Below are positions 28,401-35,992 of a stretch of DNA of 64,000 bases, piece after piece. This DNA comes from Anaerolineaceae bacterium UBA6105 (GTDB taxonomy: Bacteria; Chloroflexota; Anaerolineae; Anaerolineales; Anaerolineaceae). Position 1 is the stretch's first letter, and each line of letters starts with the position of its first letter. The notes below the pieces were generated by a model. That model saw only the letters and a list, made by a program, of their open reading frames with translations, was not told the origin of the DNA and ran no database searches. The translations under genes were made by a program, and so were the position numbers. The stretch is taken from the NCBI GenBank assembly GCA_002423495.1, contig DIWN01000058.1, positions 4,080 to 68,079 of the forward strand, written 5' to 3'.

Positions 28401-28656
28401 CCCAACCACCGCGCCGGTCGACAAAGTAGCCTTGCATCGTGCGGAAGCGTGGGAACATGTCTTTGAAAGCGCGTGCCAAAACGTGATGCACGCCGGGTTT
28501 TCCATTGGCAGTCGGTGGGCCTTCAAACATCACATAAGGTTTGCGATCCTTGCGCTCGTCTGAGGATTTCTTGAAAATCTCGTTCGCCTGCCAAAAACGC
28601 AGGCGCGCCTCTTCCTCCTGCTGGATATTCAATCGCGATGACACTGGTTTGAACAT
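25495..28656 (-). CDS. ileS: isoleucyl-tRNA synthetase
   Basis: Full-length class I aaRS; KMSKHKGN (KMSKS loop), CP1 editing domain, Zn-type CxxC pairs. Confidence 0.95.
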   Translation of the reverse strand: MFKPVSSRLNIQQEEEARLRFWQANEIFKKSSDERKDRKPYVMFEGPPTANGKPGVHHVLARAFKDMFPRFRTMQGYFVDRRGGWDTHGLPVEIEVEKKLGFTEKSQIEEYGIEKFNALCRESAFSRIQEWEQLTERIAYWVDLSRAYVTYTNPYIESVWWLLRQIWDKDLLYQGYKVVPYCPRCGTPLSNHEVAQGYADAVDPSITVRLPLVDEPNTYLLVWTTTPWTLPGNVAVAAHPDLDYVMVRVEGEANERLILAKELVPLVFGDKKVEVLKSMKGKALEGKKYAPLYSFLPPDKPAHYVVNADYVTTSDGTGLVHIAPAFGMDDMAVSKVYDLPVLLTIDDEGKFKPAVSPWAGMFVKDADPLIMEDLKQRGLLFNRGTVTHTYPFCWRCDTPLLYMARSTWFIRTSKIKERMVELNREINWVPEHIKEGRFGNWLENNVDWALGRDRYWGTPLPVWVCESCGHQHCVGSVAELSELTGQDQSELELHRPYVDNVHFNCPKCKEGRMTRVSELIDVWFDSGAMPVAQWHYPFENLDEFKQQFPADFICEAVDQTRGWFYSLHAISTLVFDNLCFENVICLGLILDGESQKMSKHKGNVVDPWEVIDGYGADAMRWYLYTSSPPGNERRFSRELVGEVVRSFMLTLWNTYSFFVTYANLDDWTPDSSVIPQFSDLDRWLLSSLETLVRDVTKAYETYDVIGATRPIEAFVDNLSNWYLRRSRRRFWKSESDADKAAAYETLYRALVTVSKLLAPSMPFMAETLYQNLVRSANDQAPISVHLAEWPKADLSMIDETLNHQMGVVMKLASLGHAARNKSNVKVRQPLSEVAFAVGSADEMEVVDQFREILEDELNVKQVRTLGGSEEAVEYSLNPLPKQLGQKYKGLLPKVRQAILDLPAKESAERLLAGLNLVIKVDDKHYEILPDEVEVHAAAKEGFAVATDGPYLAALVTTISQELFYEGLAREFVRRVQDQRKSLGLDIADRIKIYFQASEALSEAVKQNESYIAAETLALAVLDEDLPHGLTQAHDAFDGEELHFALQTVQGVSA

Positions 28657-28690
28657 AATAGCTCCTCTTGCGGCTGATGTTTACCAGCCT

Positions 28691-28727
28691 GAAAATAAAA
28701 AGGCTCGTCCCACTACAGGGACGAGCC
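28691..28727 (-). terminator. T-box-controlled intrinsic terminator
   Basis: GGCTCGTCCC-TGTAGT-GGGACGAGCC followed by TTTTTATTTT on the minus strand. Confidence 0.8.
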
Positions 28728-28953
28728 GAAACTCGCGGTACCACCCCGCTTCCCAGCCATGCTGAGCGCTTGTTGCATGTTTTTTAATCATGCACCCTCT
28801 GTAACGGAAGGGCTGTCCGGCGCGCTTACTATCGTTGAACGGGTTCAGCTTGCGGCTCTGGAAGGATTTTCGCACAGGAGGTTCTGCCCGGCTTCCACCA
28901 TCCCGGTTCGCTATCAGTCTGCCTGCAGTACTCGTTTCCGTCTATGCCGATCA
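28691..28953 (-). promoter_or_regulatory. T-box riboswitch leader of ileS
   Basis: Minus strand reads AGCGGGGTGGTACCGCGAG (T-box sequence), followed by a terminator. AGTA / GAAAATCC specifier-loop-like elements include AUC (28865-28867). Confidence 0.8.
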
Positions 28954-28960
28954 AAAAATA

Positions 28961-28989
28961 ATTATCTCATAGCACTAAAAGCTTGTCAA
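28961..28989 (-). promoter_or_regulatory. sigma-70 promoter of the ileS leader
   Basis: TTGACA-N17-GATAAT on the minus strand. Confidence 0.6.
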
Positions 28990-28999
28990 ACCTTGCGAT

Positions 29000-29025
29000 A
29001 AAAAAAAGACCTTCTTGCGAAGGTC
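29000..29025 (-). terminator. intrinsic terminator after tRNA-His
   Basis: GACCTTC-GCAA-GAAGGTC followed by T8 on the minus strand. Confidence 0.75.
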
Positions 29026-29028
29026 CTG

Positions 29029-29101
29029 GGTGCCTGGAGGGGGTCGAACCCTCAACATCTTCATCCACAGTGAAGTACTCTGCCATTGAGCTACAGGCAC
29101 C
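29029..29101 (-). tRNA. tRNA-His (anticodon GUG) with encoded G-1:C73, CCA not encoded
   Basis: The manual cloverleaf is G-GTGCCTG-TA-GCTC-AATGGCA-GAGT-A-CTTCA-CTGTGGA-TGAAG-ATGTT-GAGGG-TTCGACC-CCCTC-CAGGCAC-C. Confidence 0.9.
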
Positions 29102-29173
29102 ATGTAGGCGGCAATTCTAACATACCCCTTGCAGTCTCGCAAGCATAATTTTTGATGATATTTCGTATCAGCC

Positions 29174-30436
29174 TTAGGGTCTCTGACGTAAGTGATCGAT
29201 CAACTTTGCGCGTTCAACGCTCACCTGCTCATAGCTGTGCAGATCTTTGACCACCACCGTGTTTGCCTCAATCTCCTCAGGTCCGAGCACCAATGCCCTG
29301 CTCAATCCAAGGCGGTCAGCATACTTGAACTGTTTTCCCAGTTTTTCGGGCTCTGCCTGGATCACTTTGAAACCTGCAGCACGCAGTTGACTTGCCAGGC
29401 GAATTGATTCAGCCAGAGTTTCTTCATTAAACACGGTCACAAACAGGGTTTCGGGATCCACGAGGTCTGCCGGGATCAAGCCATAGGCTTCCAAAACCAG
29501 CATGATCACCACATCCCCCATCGCAAAGCCCACCCCGGGCAAAGGATTTCCGCCGACATCTCCCACCAGGTTGGCGTAATGCCCGCCTCCCAAGATCGCC
29601 CGGAACTCACCATTGACGGCATGTGCTTCAAAAACAGTGCCAGTGTAATAATCCAATCCACGGATGATCTTCGGATCAAACGTTACGTATTCCTGAACGC
29701 CCAGATCTTCAAGCAAAGCAAACAGAGTTCTCATCTGCTCAGAATCCCGCCAGAGCTCCTGGTTTTCGAGTAATTTACGGATGGCCTCAAGCTGCTCAGC
29801 GTTCAGACCTTCTGCCAACACCTTCTCATCCCAAACATCTGCCGGCAATTTGTCAATCCGGTCAATCAGATGCAGCATCGCAGGCTTTTGTTCTGCATTG
29901 ATTCCAATCTTGCTTAGTTGCCCATCCATTAACTGACGATCGTTTACATAGAGCTTGACCTGGTTGGGGTTCAACCCGACATTTTCCAGAAAAGTTGCTG
30001 CCACAGCCAGTAATTCCGCGTCTGCCTGGATGGAATCGCTGCCAATCTGGTCAACATTCCACTGAAAGAACTCACGCGTGCGCCCTTTTTGCGGTCGTTC
30101 ATAGCGCCAAAACGGACCAAATGCCCACCATCTCAAGGGGTAAGTCAACTGGTTTTGTTTGGATGCAACCATGCGTGTCAGCGTGGGTGTGAGTTCAGGG
30201 CGCAAGGTGATCGGGTCACCGCCGCGGTCATTAAAGACAAAGGCCTGTTCCTTTACAAGCTCTTCCCCCGATTTCGCTGCGTAGAGATCAATCGTCTCCA
30301 GGCATGGTCCATCATACATCTGGTAGCCAAATGCTTCCGAAGCTTCAGTTAGCTTCTGAATCAACCACTGGCGTTTTGCCATCTCATCGGGGTAAAAATC
30401 GCGTGTACCCTTGACACTTTTGATCACATTCTTCAT
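29174..30436 (-). CDS. hisS: histidyl-tRNA synthetase
   Basis: N-terminal KGTRDF motif and class II aaRS core; 420 aa. Confidence 0.9.
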   Translation of the reverse strand: MKNVIKSVKGTRDFYPDEMAKRQWLIQKLTEASEAFGYQMYDGPCLETIDLYAAKSGEELVKEQAFVFNDRGGDPITLRPELTPTLTRMVASKQNQLTYPLRWWAFGPFWRYERPQKGRTREFFQWNVDQIGSDSIQADAELLAVAATFLENVGLNPNQVKLYVNDRQLMDGQLSKIGINAEQKPAMLHLIDRIDKLPADVWDEKVLAEGLNAEQLEAIRKLLENQELWRDSEQMRTLFALLEDLGVQEYVTFDPKIIRGLDYYTGTVFEAHAVNGEFRAILGGGHYANLVGDVGGNPLPGVGFAMGDVVIMLVLEAYGLIPADLVDPETLFVTVFNEETLAESIRLASQLRAAGFKVIQAEPEKLGKQFKYADRLGLSRALVLGPEEIEANTVVVKDLHSYEQVSVERAKLIDHLRQRP

Positions 30437-30520
30437 AACAACCTCTTTGTACTTAACTCATTAGTATAACATGTCGGGTTTCGAGTAAAATAAACCAAGT
30501 AACTTTTAAGAGGATGCGAA

Positions 30521-30892
30521 ATGAAATTTTTGGATGTAATTGCTATTTGTGAAGGCACGCTCGTCACACCAGATGTAGACCAAGTTCCAGAAATCAAAGG
30601 CGGCTTTGCTGGCGATCTGATGAGTGATGTGCTTGCTTCGATCCAGTCTGAAGCGGTGCTTATAACTGGTCTCTGCAATCCCCAGGTTGTTCGCACAGCT
30701 TTAATTGCAGATGTCCGCTTGATCATTTTTGCGCGGGGAAAGAAACCTGGCAATGATATCCTCCATCTTGCAAAAGAGGAAAACCTACCTGTTGCTACTT
30801 CGCACCTGGGTCTCTACGAGATTTCAGGCCGGCTCTCCCAAGCCGGATTACCCAGCTGTGAAGTGGAATTGAATCTCTTTCCAAACGACTAG
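30521..30892 (+). CDS. DRTGG domain protein
   Basis: AGDLMSDVL...VLITGL...VVRTA pattern typical of DRTGG domains. Confidence 0.7.
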   Translation: MKFLDVIAICEGTLVTPDVDQVPEIKGGFAGDLMSDVLASIQSEAVLITGLCNPQVVRTALIADVRLIIFARGKKPGNDILHLAKEENLPVATSHLGLYEISGRLSQAGLPSCEVELNLFPND

Positions 30893-30898
30893 GCTTTA

Positions 30899-31849
30899 AT
30901 GAGCGACCAGGCTACTGTCTCCGATAAAAATGCTGGCATGATCACCAGGGTTGAGGAACTTGGCTATGAACTAAAAATCGGCCAGGTGATGACCACAAAG
31001 GTTGTCACACTCTCCCCTGAGACAACCATTCTTGAAGCGCTTGATGTGTTCAAACAACATCGCATCTCGGGCACTCCAGTTACGGTTGAAGGCGAACTTG
31101 TTGGCATCATTTCCACCGAAGACCTGATCCGTGCTCTAAGGGACGGGAGAATCGATCGCAGCGTCTCAACCTACATGACTAAAGATTTGATCACTGTCAA
31201 AGCCACAGACTACATTGTGGAAGCCCTGAAGGTATTTGCAAAAACAAAAGTCGGACGCTTGCCAGTTGTGAATGAGAACAACAAATTGATTGGGCTGATT
31301 ACCAAAGGAGATATTACCAACGGCTTGTTAACCGCCCTTCAACGGGACTATCAGGCTGAGGAAATTATCCGTTATCGCGCTTCACACCTGTTTGAGGACA
31401 TCGAATCCGACCGCACCAGCCTCATCCTGCGGTATCGCATCATCAAAGATGACTTTGTCCACGGTGGTGCAGCTTCCAACAACATCAAAAGAGCCCTCCT
31501 GCGCCTGGGCGCGAACCGACAGATCGCCAGAAAATGTGGAATTGCTGTATATGAATCTGAGATGAACCTGATCATCCACACCAACAACGGCGGCTTCCTT
31601 AGGGTCGAAATAGAGCCACACAAAATTACGATAGAAGCTTATGATGATGGACCCGGCATTGATGACGTCGAAAAAGCCTTAACCCCTGGATATTCCACCG
31701 CCACCGAAGAGATCCGCGACAAAGGCTTTGGGGCAGGTATGGGTTTGGTCAACATTCGCTCCTGTGTCGATGAAATGAGCCTCAAGTCCTCAAAGGAAAG
31801 CGGCACAAATCTATTTATGACCATGTATTTGGACAAACCCGGAAATTGA
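30899..31849 (+). CDS. CBS-pair protein fused to HATPase_c (RsbW/SpoIIAB-like serine kinase fold)
   Basis: Two CBS units (VMTTKVVTLSPE.., YMTKDLITVKAT..), then DDGPGI and GFGAGMGLVNI G-boxes. Confidence 0.75.
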   Translation: MSDQATVSDKNAGMITRVEELGYELKIGQVMTTKVVTLSPETTILEALDVFKQHRISGTPVTVEGELVGIISTEDLIRALRDGRIDRSVSTYMTKDLITVKATDYIVEALKVFAKTKVGRLPVVNENNKLIGLITKGDITNGLLTALQRDYQAEEIIRYRASHLFEDIESDRTSLILRYRIIKDDFVHGGAASNNIKRALLRLGANRQIARKCGIAVYESEMNLIIHTNNGGFLRVEIEPHKITIEAYDDGPGIDDVEKALTPGYSTATEEIRDKGFGAGMGLVNIRSCVDEMSLKSSKESGTNLFMTMYLDKPGN

Positions 31850-31862
31850 GGTCCGACGATCC

Positions 31863-32222
31863 ATGTGCTCACTCCAGACTATTTTAGACACCATCGAACT
31901 TCAAGTTCTGACAGAACCACTCGAGTACTCGCAAATTGAAATCACATCCGGCTACACTTCGGACCTTCTCAGTTGCGTAATGACTGGCGCCCTGGCTGAT
32001 GGTATTTGGGTCACTTTGATTGCCAACATCAACATTGTGGCGGTTGCTTCCTTGTTGGAAATTCCCGCCATCATCATCACAGAAAATGCTCAACCGGATG
32101 CAGCCGCCATTGCCCGCGCAAACCAGGAAGGCATCGTGCTGCTCTCCACGCCCGTTGGAAGTTACCAGATCGTTGGAAGACTCTGGGAACTGGGGATTAA
32201 AGATACTGATCCAAACCAATGA
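31863..32222 (+). CDS. DRTGG domain protein (second copy)
   Basis: TSDLLSCVM...IWVTLIANINIVAVASLLEIPAIIITE pattern. Confidence 0.7.
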   Translation: MCSLQTILDTIELQVLTEPLEYSQIEITSGYTSDLLSCVMTGALADGIWVTLIANINIVAVASLLEIPAIIITENAQPDAAAIARANQEGIVLLSTPVGSYQIVGRLWELGIKDTDPNQ

Positions 32223-32932
32223 AAAGCCTCAAGGCAGAACTCCATATCCACACCGTGCTCTCTCCCTGTGCCACGTTGGAAATGCTGCCACCTTTTATTG
32301 TCGAACGCGCCCTCGAAACCCACACACACCTGATTGCGATAACTGATCATAACGCCAGTGCCAACGTACCCGCCGTTATCAAAGCTGCAGAAGGCAGCGA
32401 GCTGACCGTCCTGCCCGGGATAGAGCTTACCACTGCAGAGGAAATTCACGTTGTATGCCTTTTTGATACGTACTCACAACTGGCAGAGTTCCAAAAAATT
32501 GTCGATCAAAATTTGCCGAATATTCCCAATAATCCTGACTTCTTTGGCATGCAGTTGATCGTGGACTCAGAGGGGAATTATGTCGATACAGAAGAACGCC
32601 TTCTCAGCAACGCCACCTTTCTCTCGATCAACGAAGCTCAACGGCATGTGCAGCGCCTGGGAGGTATCTTCATCCCTGCCCACGTTAATCGGGAGGAGAA
32701 TGGTCTCTTGCCCCGCCTCGGCGGCATTCCTCCTGAACTGAATTTATCGGTCCTCGAGATTTACGGCATTTCCAAAGCTGAAGCTATCCAACGCTATCCC
32801 TGCCTTAAAGATTACCATCTCATCCCCAGTTCCGATGCCCATGATCTTGACGCAATCTCGGGCGTCCTGCGGTTGGAATTGGAGGAAATTTCCGTTGCGG
32901 CATTACTTCAGGCCTTTCAAACCCAATATTGA
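32219..32932 (+). CDS. PHP-domain phosphoesterase
   Basis: ELHIHTVLSPCA and ITDHN metal-binding motifs. ATGA-type overlap upstream. Confidence 0.75.
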   Translation: MKSLKAELHIHTVLSPCATLEMLPPFIVERALETHTHLIAITDHNASANVPAVIKAAEGSELTVLPGIELTTAEEIHVVCLFDTYSQLAEFQKIVDQNLPNIPNNPDFFGMQLIVDSEGNYVDTEERLLSNATFLSINEAQRHVQRLGGIFIPAHVNREENGLLPRLGGIPPELNLSVLEIYGISKAEAIQRYPCLKDYHLIPSSDAHDLDAISGVLRLELEEISVAALLQAFQTQY

Positions 32933-32974
32933 TAAGAAATGAATTGCTATCCTCATTGTATTGAAGTAAAATCA

Positions 32975-32992
32975 TTGTGAAAATTTTTGCAT
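32975..32992 (+). promoter_or_regulatory. Rex-like operator candidate (one perfect half-site)
   Basis: TTGTGAAaattTTTGCAT against TTGTGAAnnnnTTCACAA (11 of 14 specified positions). Confidence 0.3.
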
Positions 32993-33187
32993 TTAGATTA
33001 CTACAGAGACAATCTTGCCAGAGATTTGTTTTTTACTGCCTGGATGATCCTCTGTAGAAGGGAAAAAGATTGATTAATATAATTCAAACCCTGCGAGCAA
33101 CCTTTAACAATCCGGTAAGGTTTTTATCAACTGCTTATAGCAGATAATGTCAACGCACCTAGCGTAAAAAATCCACAAAGGAAGATC

Positions 33188-33679
33188 ATGGAAGAGAACC
33201 CAACCCTAACCAAGCCCACAACTGATGACCTCAAGCAGGAAATTTCATTAATCCTGCAAGGAATAAACAAGGACCGGGAGAATCTGATCCCAATTCTCCA
33301 CAAAATTACCCTACGATTTGGTTACATCTCCAGCCAGGCATTATACGAAGTTAGCGAACAAACAGCCATTCCACTTTCTGAAGTGTTCTCTGTCGCCACC
33401 TTCTACCGCATGCTCCCCACCGAGGAGCGCGGCAGGCATGTGATTCTCTTCTGCGAGAGCCTGCCTTGCCACGTTGTTGGAGGGCGGGAAGTATTGCAAG
33501 CCCTAAAGGCAGAACTCCAGCTTGAACCAGGCCAAACCAACCCGGATAAGAAGTGGACACTTCTGACCACCAGCTGCCTGGGTGTGTGCAATTTTGGTCC
33601 GGTCATCTCAATCGATGGCAACATCCACGGGAATCTAACACCGGAATCCCTTCCAGAAATCCTGAAAAAATACGAGTAG
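33188..33679 (+). CDS. NuoE/HoxE/HydC-like [2Fe-2S] subunit, copy 1
   Basis: CESLPCHV...TSCLGVCNFGPV thioredoxin-like 2Fe-2S motif. Confidence 0.85.
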   Translation: MEENPTLTKPTTDDLKQEISLILQGINKDRENLIPILHKITLRFGYISSQALYEVSEQTAIPLSEVFSVATFYRMLPTEERGRHVILFCESLPCHVVGGREVLQALKAELQLEPGQTNPDKKWTLLTTSCLGVCNFGPVISIDGNIHGNLTPESLPEILKKYE

Positions 33680-33687
33680 GAGCCGCA

Positions 33688-35304
33688 ATGAAAACAGTAC
33701 GTTCAATGGTTTTAGTATCGAACGATATCAAAAGCAAAGCCAACGCCTCGCAAGAAGTCATTGATGCTTTCAACCTGGCAATCAAAAAGCTGGATCTCGC
33801 CGATGAAGTGGCAGTTTCCACCATTCCTGAGGTTGGTACGGTCCGAAGCTTACCTTTGGTGGTGATTTTCCCGGAAGCCACGGTGTATGCTCCAGTGAAA
33901 CCCGAGGATGTTCCTCACCTGGTTGAAGAACATCTCTATAAAGGCCGTGAAGTTCCGGATCTGAAGGTGAAAGACGCTGACACTTTACGAAAAGTTGCCT
34001 GGCTCACCCAGCGGAAAGGAACCCTGCCTGCTGAGAATAAAATCGTTCTAAAAAATGTTGGCCTAATAGATCCTGAAAGCATTGATGAGTTCTTTGCGTA
34101 CGAAGGTGGACAGGCTTTTGCCACAGCCCTCCAGATGACCCCAGAGCTAGTTGTTGAGGTTATCAAAGCCTCTGGTTTGCGTGGTCGCGGAGGGGCTGGC
34201 TTCCCTGCCGGCATCAAATGGGATTCTGTTCGCAGAACGCCCGGCAAAAAGAAGTATGTGATTTGTAACGCCGATGAAAGCGAACCGGGCACCTTCAAGG
34301 ACCGCATCATCATGGAAGGCGATCCATTCACCATCATAGAGGCAATGTTGATTGCAGGCTATGCAGTCGGCGCAGATGAAGGGTACATCTATATCCGCGG
34401 AGAGTACCAACTTGCGCTCGAACGTGTGCAAAAAGCTATCCAACAAGCCCGTGAATACGGCGTGCTGGGAAAAGACATTTTTGGCTCAGGTTTTGACTTC
34501 GATCTTCACATTCATGCTGGTGCAGGTGCTTACATCTGTGGCGAAGAAACTGCCTTGCTCGAGTCTATCGAAGGCGGCCGCGGTGAGCCGCGTGTCAAGC
34601 CCCCATATCCCACCACTTCTGGTCTTTGGGCTATGCCAACACTGATCAACAACGTAGAAACTTTTGCCAATATCCCACCGATCATCCTCAACGGCGCAGA
34701 TTGGTTTAAATCCTTTGGCACACCTTCAAGCCCTGGCACCAAGGTCTACACCATCTTGGGCAATGTCAACAATACAGGATTGATTGAAGTTCCGATGGGG
34801 ATCACTCTACGTGAAGTCATCAACATTTACGGCAAAGGAACCAAGGGCGGGCAGTTTAAATTTGCCCAGACTGGTGGTTCCAGTGGATCGATCATTCCTG
34901 CTGCGCTGCAAGATACCCCAATGGACTTTGACTCTTTCAGAAAAGTTGGCGTAGCTTTGGGCTCTGGCGCGCTATTGATCTGCAATGATTCCAACTGCAT
35001 TGTTGACTCAGTACGTGTTCTAACCCGCTTCTTCCAGGAGGAATGCTGCGGAAAATGCGTTCCATGTCGCGTTGGCACGGATCAAGCCTGGAAGGTCCTG
35101 ACCGACATCTCAGAAGGGCGCGGAAAAATTGAAGATATCGCCCAATTGGAATGGCTCTGCAAAGGCATGGAAGAGTTTTCCAACTGCGGCTTGGGTCAGA
35201 CAGCAGGAACACCGATCAAAAATATGCTCGACCACTTCCGTGCGGAAGTTGAAGCCCATATCAAACTTGGTGTCTGCCCCACTGGCGTTTGCCCCATGAG
35301 CTGA
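33688..35304 (+). CDS. NuoF/HoxF-like FMN/NAD(H) subunit, copy 1, without C-terminal ferredoxin domain
   Basis: GRGGAGFPAGIKW, CNADESEPGTFKDR, ECCGKCVPCRVGT, NCGLGQTA. Start at ATG 33688 (AGGAG upstream) rather than track start 33553. Confidence 0.85.
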   Translation: MKTVRSMVLVSNDIKSKANASQEVIDAFNLAIKKLDLADEVAVSTIPEVGTVRSLPLVVIFPEATVYAPVKPEDVPHLVEEHLYKGREVPDLKVKDADTLRKVAWLTQRKGTLPAENKIVLKNVGLIDPESIDEFFAYEGGQAFATALQMTPELVVEVIKASGLRGRGGAGFPAGIKWDSVRRTPGKKKYVICNADESEPGTFKDRIIMEGDPFTIIEAMLIAGYAVGADEGYIYIRGEYQLALERVQKAIQQAREYGVLGKDIFGSGFDFDLHIHAGAGAYICGEETALLESIEGGRGEPRVKPPYPTTSGLWAMPTLINNVETFANIPPIILNGADWFKSFGTPSSPGTKVYTILGNVNNTGLIEVPMGITLREVINIYGKGTKGGQFKFAQTGGSSGSIIPAALQDTPMDFDSFRKVGVALGSGALLICNDSNCIVDSVRVLTRFFQEECCGKCVPCRVGTDQAWKVLTDISEGRGKIEDIAQLEWLCKGMEEFSNCGLGQTAGTPIKNMLDHFRAEVEAHIKLGVCPTGVCPMS

Positions 35305-35392
35305 AATTGAAAAGCTCTGATTAGAAAGACTCTGCGGGTTGGTCTGCAAGAGGCAAACTGACCTGCTTCATTTTATAAAGTAACTTAGAAGG

Positions 35393-35421
35393 TTGACCAA
35401 ACTACTTGAATTGAGTACACT
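35393..35421 (+). promoter_or_regulatory. sigma-70-like promoter candidate for the hydrogenase operon
   Basis: TTGACC-N17-TACACT. Confidence 0.45.
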
Positions 35422-35423
35422 AC

Positions 35424-35441
35424 GTGTAATATTTTTCACAA
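35424..35441 (+). promoter_or_regulatory. Rex-like operator candidate immediately after the -10
   Basis: GTGTAATatttTTCACAA against TTGTGAAnnnnTTCACAA (11 of 14; the right half is perfect). Confidence 0.4.
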
Positions 35442-35479
35442 AGGTAACAAGCCTTTGAGATATAGGAGCATGTAACAAA

Positions 35480-35992
35480 ATGACATCAACACCCATGCAG
35501 CTGGATCCCCTCGAGAATCCCAAAATGAGAGAAGTTATCGATAATACCATCTCAGAATTCGGAGATCAAAATGGCGCTTTGATGGTAGTTCTCAACCACC
35601 TCCAGGAGAGAGTGGGCTTTATCACCAAACCAATGCAAGCTTACGTTGCCGAAAAACTGGGTGTTCCAGTGAGCAAGGTCCATGGTGTGGTATCTTTTTA
35701 TTCTTTCTTCACCACAGAACCCCGCGGTAAACATGTTGTAAAATTCTGCATAGGTACTGCCTGCTACGTTGGCGGAGCTTCCCAATTGATTGATAAAGCC
35801 AAGCAAGTGCTGGCCATCGAACCCGGTCAAACTACTCCAGACGGGCTGATCACCCTCGAAGTCTGCCGTTGTGTGGGAGCTTGCAGCCAGGCACCTGTTG
35901 TGGTGGTGGACGAAGCCAATCATGGGCGAGTGAAGCCTTCTCAATTCGGTAAGGTTTTGACGGATATCCAAAAAAGCGAGGCGGCAGTTTGA
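35480..35992 (+). CDS. NuoE/HoxE/HydC-like [2Fe-2S] subunit, copy 2
   Basis: FCIGTACYV...EVCRCVGACSQAPV motif. Confidence 0.85.
   Translation: MTSTPMQLDPLENPKMREVIDNTISEFGDQNGALMVVLNHLQERVGFITKPMQAYVAEKLGVPVSKVHGVVSFYSFFTTEPRGKHVVKFCIGTACYVGGASQLIDKAKQVLAIEPGQTTPDGLITLEVCRCVGACSQAPVVVVDEANHGRVKPSQFGKVLTDIQKSEAAV

Noticed and set aside
30433-30753. 106-aa minus-strand ORF overlapping the first DRTGG gene
   Set aside because: It overlaps a plus-strand ORF with a recognisable domain and an SD-like sequence, and the minus-strand product has no recognisable features.
33553-33687. Long N-terminal extension of NuoF-like copy 1 suggested by the ORF track
   Set aside because: The extension overlaps the 3' end of the NuoE-like gene in another frame. 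ATG 33688 has an AGGAG SD and gives the expected N-terminus. The same logic applies to track starts 15454, 18233, 36479, 40709, 47829, 48932, 54704, 59010 and 59783.
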